Of a stretch of 32,000 bases of DNA, positions 28,666-32,000 are shown piece after piece. The stretch's first letter is position 1, and the number at the start of each line of letters is the position of its first letter. Origin of the DNA: Candidatus Saccharimonadota bacterium (GTDB taxonomy: Bacteria > Pseudomonadota > Alphaproteobacteria > Rickettsiales > Anaplasmataceae); contig NZ_CP092368.1 in assembly GCF_025021925.1 (NCBI RefSeq), positions 240,001 through 272,000 of the forward strand, given 5' to 3'. The position numbers and the translations under genes were made by a program. The notes under the pieces were generated by a model. The model was given only the letters and a program-made list of their open reading frames with translations, ran no database searches and had not been told where the DNA came from.

Positions 28666-29856
28666 ATGCAATGTATAAGAGAATCGTCTCATTTAATATT
28701 TTCTGCAATCGAAGAATATGGAGGAATTGCTAGGCTTGTTGGTGGATGTGTAAGAGATGCATTATTAGGTTGTGTCAATCATGATATTGATTTAGCTACT
28801 AATCTTCTACCAGAATATACAGTAGAAGCATTAAAAAAATATAATATTAAGACTATTCTTACTGGTTTACATCATGGGACTATCACTGCAATTCTAGATA
28901 AACAATCCTTTGAAATTACAACACTCAGATATGACACTCAGTGTTACGGTAGATATGCTAAAGTAAAATTTACTGATAATTGGCAAGCTGATGCTTCGCG
29001 ACGGGATTTTACATTTAATGCTTTATATGCAGATATGTCAGGTAAGATTTATGATTACTTTGATGGAATACAAGACTTAAAAAACAGAAAGTTACACTTT
29101 ATAGGTAGACCAGAAGATAGAATTCAAGAAGATTATTTACGTATTTTGAGAGCTTTTCGTTTTCATGCGAAACTATGCTTAGGCAAATTAAGTCATGATA
29201 TACTGAGTACATGTAAAAAATATTCACATCATATTGACTATCTCTCTGGAGAAAGAATTAGAGAGGAAATATTTCAATTATTACGATGTGTTAATCCTGC
29301 TCCTACACTTAAGCTAATGCAAGAATCAGAAATTCTACAAAAAATCATTCCAATGGAAGTACAATGCGATATTTTACTATCTAAACGTCTTGTGAATACT
29401 GACGTACTAGTAAAATTAGCATTGATATTAAGAACTGCTAAAAAGCACAGATTAGACCTTGGAGAACATGTCAGTAAATTATTACGACTTTCGAATAAAG
29501 AAAAGAAAAAATTATTATTTCTACTCTCCAATAATTTTATAAGAGGAATCTCAGAGAGAGAACAGGAAAGATACATATCTTTGTTTAGTAAAGCATTATA
29601 TTGCGACTTAGCACTCATTTATAGTATAGAGTCTGGAGAAGATGTTGAGCAATTCATTTCATTTGCTAATACATTTACTATTCCAAAATTTCCCTTATCT
29701 GGATCTGATTTGATTAGTATAGGTTATGATCCAGGAGAAAATTTAGGAAGGACATTGAATTATCTTAGGAATTGTTGGGAAAATAGTGCTTATACTTTAA
29801 CTAAAGATGAATTGATGCAAAATGTTACTGGCATCTCTATTATAAGAAACGATTGA
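28666..29856 (+). CDS. cca: Class II tRNA nucleotidyltransferase (CCA-adding enzyme / poly(A) polymerase family)
   Basis: LVGGCVRDALLG...DIDLAT (GGxVRD plus DxD), ASRRDFTFNA (RRD motif), and EDYLRILRAFRF (ED..R.LR..RF). 396 aa. CCA-adding versus A-adding specificity cannot be decided by eye. Confidence 0.78.
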   Translation: MQCIRESSHLIFSAIEEYGGIARLVGGCVRDALLGCVNHDIDLATNLLPEYTVEALKKYNIKTILTGLHHGTITAILDKQSFEITTLRYDTQCYGRYAKVKFTDNWQADASRRDFTFNALYADMSGKIYDYFDGIQDLKNRKLHFIGRPEDRIQEDYLRILRAFRFHAKLCLGKLSHDILSTCKKYSHHIDYLSGERIREEIFQLLRCVNPAPTLKLMQESEILQKIIPMEVQCDILLSKRLVNTDVLVKLALILRTAKKHRLDLGEHVSKLLRLSNKEKKKLLFLLSNNFIRGISEREQERYISLFSKALYCDLALIYSIESGEDVEQFISFANTFTIPKFPLSGSDLISIGYDPGENLGRTLNYLRNCWENSAYTLTKDELMQNVTGISIIRND

Positions 29857-29919
29857 TATATACATTAAGTGTCTCTATATATTATATCGCCTATTCATCT
29901 TATAAGAATATATCACATA

Positions 29920-30702
29920 TTAGAAATTGCATTCTAGAATCAACCGTTTAATGTTTACTATTGCTTTTGCAGGATTTAATCCTTTTGGACAAGCTTGTGT
30001 ACAATTCATAATTGTATGACAGCGATACAATTTAAAAGAATCATTTAATGCATTAAGTCTTTTACGAGTATTAGTATCACGACTATCCATAATCCATCTA
30101 TATGCTTGTAACAATATTGCAGGTCCTAAAAACTGATCACTATTCCACCAATAACTTGGACATGATGTTGAGCAACATGCACATAAGATACAATCAGATA
30201 GACCATCTAACGCCTTTCTCTCATGAGGAAGTTGAGCATGTTCTTTATTTATTACAACAGATTTATTTGTGTGTAACCATGGTTTAATTGATTTATATTG
30301 CTGATAAAATTTACTCATATCCGATACTAGATCTTTTATTATATACATATGAGGTAATGGAAAAATTCTTACTGTACCTTTGATATCTTGTATAGATTTG
30401 ACACATGCAAGAGTATTGATACCATCTATATTCATGGCACAAGATCCACATATTCCCTCTCTACAAGATCGTCTAAAAGTGAGAGTAGAGTCTATTTCAT
30501 TCTTTATTTTGATTAAAATATCAAGTATCATTACTCCACAACTATTCATATCAATAAAAAAAGTATCTATTCTAGGATTGTTATTATCATTAGGAGACCA
30601 TCTATAGATTTGAATTTTTCTTATATTTACTCCTTTTGGAACAGGATATCGCTTACCTTGAGTGTTAATTACGGCATTCTTGGGAAGAGAAATTTGTACC
30701 AT
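29920..30702 (-). CDS. sdhB: Succinate dehydrogenase iron-sulfur subunit
   Basis: 2Fe-2S motif [21 protein letters not shown], 4Fe-4[12 protein letters not shown], and 3Fe-4[18 protein letters not shown]. 260 aa. Confidence 0.93.
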   Translation of the reverse strand: MVQISLPKNAVINTQGKRYPVPKGVNIRKIQIYRWSPNDNNNPRIDTFFIDMNSCGVMILDILIKIKNEIDSTLTFRRSCREGICGSCAMNIDGINTLACVKSIQDIKGTVRIFPLPHMYIIKDLVSDMSKFYQQYKSIKPWLHTNKSVVINKEHAQLPHERKALDGLSDCILCACCSTSCPSYWWNSDQFLGPAILLQAYRWIMDSRDTNTRKRLNALNDSFKLYRCHTIMNCTQACPKGLNPAKAIVNIKRLILECNF

Positions 30703-30789
30703 ATGTGGTTTTCCTTTATGATTATTGAAGTGTGATAGTGATGTATTTTAAATAACATATTTTATAATATCAACTATATCTTTTGTTTT

Positions 30790-31224
30790 TTACATGAGTA
30801 AAGTAAGAATTTGATTTTCCAAATTTTTCATGATTTCTGCTTTATCTTCTTGTTCGTGAGAATATCCAAGTAAATGTAGTAATCCATGTAATAACATATG
30901 CTCAATATGGTATATTATAGGTATAAAAAATTTAGATGATTCTTTTTGTATTGTATCTATTGAAATAGCTATATCTCCTAAATCACACTTATGTGATAAT
31001 GTCTGATGAGGAAATGACAAGACATTAGTAGGATTATCATTTCCCCTAAATTTAAAATTTAAAGCACGTAAAAATTGATCATCAGCTAATGCTATTGATA
31101 TATTACATTGATATTGTATTATTCTTAATTCTTGCATCGCAATATTCATAATTTGTGATATAAATTTTTTAGGGGACTTAAGGATACTATACCATTTTGC
31201 ATTTATAATGTTTACTTCTAACAT
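30790..31224 (-). CDS. ybeY: Endoribonuclease YbeY (rRNA maturation factor)
   Basis: Zinc-binding motif [12 protein letters not shown] (H..H.....H) near the C-terminus, and TNVLSFP upstream. 144 aa. Confidence 0.88.
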   Translation of the reverse strand: MLEVNIINAKWYSILKSPKKFISQIMNIAMQELRIIQYQCNISIALADDQFLRALNFKFRGNDNPTNVLSFPHQTLSHKCDLGDIAISIDTIQKESSKFFIPIIYHIEHMLLHGLLHLLGYSHEQEDKAEIMKNLENQILTLLM

Positions 31225-31861
31225 GAGAGTATCAATGATTGATGATCAGGATATAAAAATTATGTATACAACATGCACATAAGATAGTCTAACTGGTACT
31301 GACAGGAATTTTTTATAATAATCAATCCCCATATATGATGTTTTAAAAAAAATGCTTCTCACATATAGAACCTGAATGCTTTTATAAAAATATTTTATGC
31401 TTTCATTTAGATAAATTAGGAAATTACATCATTGATGTCAACGTTTTTTTCTCCTAATCTTATGGATCATCACGCAATTTGTAGAGAATCATCTATGATA
31501 GACTCTTTATTGCAATCAACTCAAACATTATGCATAATATGCATTAATGCTTTACTATCAATTCTATTATTTCATTATTAATAATATCTATGATAGAATA
31601 ATCAAAAGATTCTTGTTGTACATTATATCATATCTCATGCTATATTATACTGTGAAGATTTATATTTTTACTCTATTAGTAGCATCAGTGATTAATAATA
31701 TTAGAACATATATTTTGTAAATTAATAATTTTCATGCAGTATCTTACTGTTTGTACAAACTATGATTAAGTAATATATAAAGTATTGTATATAGTGAATA
31801 TAGCATGTTATGTTCATTTTTTAATGCTGTTACATGACTAATATTAAATTATTGCATTATT

Positions 31862-31999
31862 TCATGTAACTGAGAATCGTTTTACATCCATAAAATCCAA
31901 ATTCACAAATCTGATATTAGAACAATCACTACTCTCAATATCAGCATTTAATATGCTATTATTATCAAGCAAAAAAAGACATAAAAGTATAGTTTGTGC
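31862..31999 (-). CDS. Possible C-terminal end of a minus-strand gene entering from the right window edge (unassigned)
   Basis: A frame is open from the window edge for 45 codons and ends at a TGA (complement of 31862-31864): AQTILLCLFLLDNNSILNADIESSDCSNIRFVNLDFMDVKRFSVT. An open frame this long is uncommon in such stop-rich DNA. I recognise no family; a loose 5-residue periodicity (ADIES/SDCSN/IRFVN/LDFMD) is only suggestive. Confidence 0.2.
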   Translation of the reverse strand, partial: AQTILLCLFLLDNNSILNADIESSDCSNIRFVNLDFMDVKRFSVT

Positions 32000-32000
32000 A

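Noticed and set aside
1-32000. tRNA, rRNA, tmRNA, RNase P, SRP RNA, CRISPR arrays and mobile elements
   Set aside because: I scanned every spacer for GC-richer, structured segments and T-loop-like GTTCGAATC/GTTCAAATC words and found none outside coding sequence. There are no regularly spaced direct repeats. No transposase, integrase or phage-like ORF is in the track. This absence is judged by eye and should be confirmed with tRNAscan-SE and Infernal.

Overview
This is a very AT-rich, gene-dense core-chromosome segment. Its gene content and scattered operon organisation look like a reduced alphaproteobacterial (Rickettsiales/Anaplasmataceae, Ehrlichia-like) genome; the taxon is inferred, not measured. 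I support 27 protein-coding genes, almost all housekeeping. In order they are: pgk (partial, at the left edge, absent from the ORF track), an AEC-family permease, gmk, recR, a KAP-family P-loop NTPase, pdhC (PDH E2), an NMO/FabK-like flavoprotein, cysS, exoD-like, tatA, purD, serS, dusB, pheT, the F0 operon atpB-atpE-atpF'-atpF, dcd, pstS-like, mgtE, prfB, ppdK, glpX, ychF, cca, sdhB and ybeY. prfB needs the classical +1 programmed frameshift, which the ORF track splits. I found no tRNA, rRNA, CRISPR array, transposase, integrase or phage gene. I do not see a convincing novel multi-gene system. The only accessory-like element is the KAP NTPase, whose ATG lies one nucleotide after the recR stop. 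Other points worth a second look are long AT-rich palindromes at two of the four convergent gene junctions, several gene-free spacers of 500-640 bp, a few short dispersed or iterated AT-rich motifs of marginal significance, and a 21-nt convergent overlap of dusB and pheT. Several ORF-track starts look over-extended, and I give the start codons I prefer.
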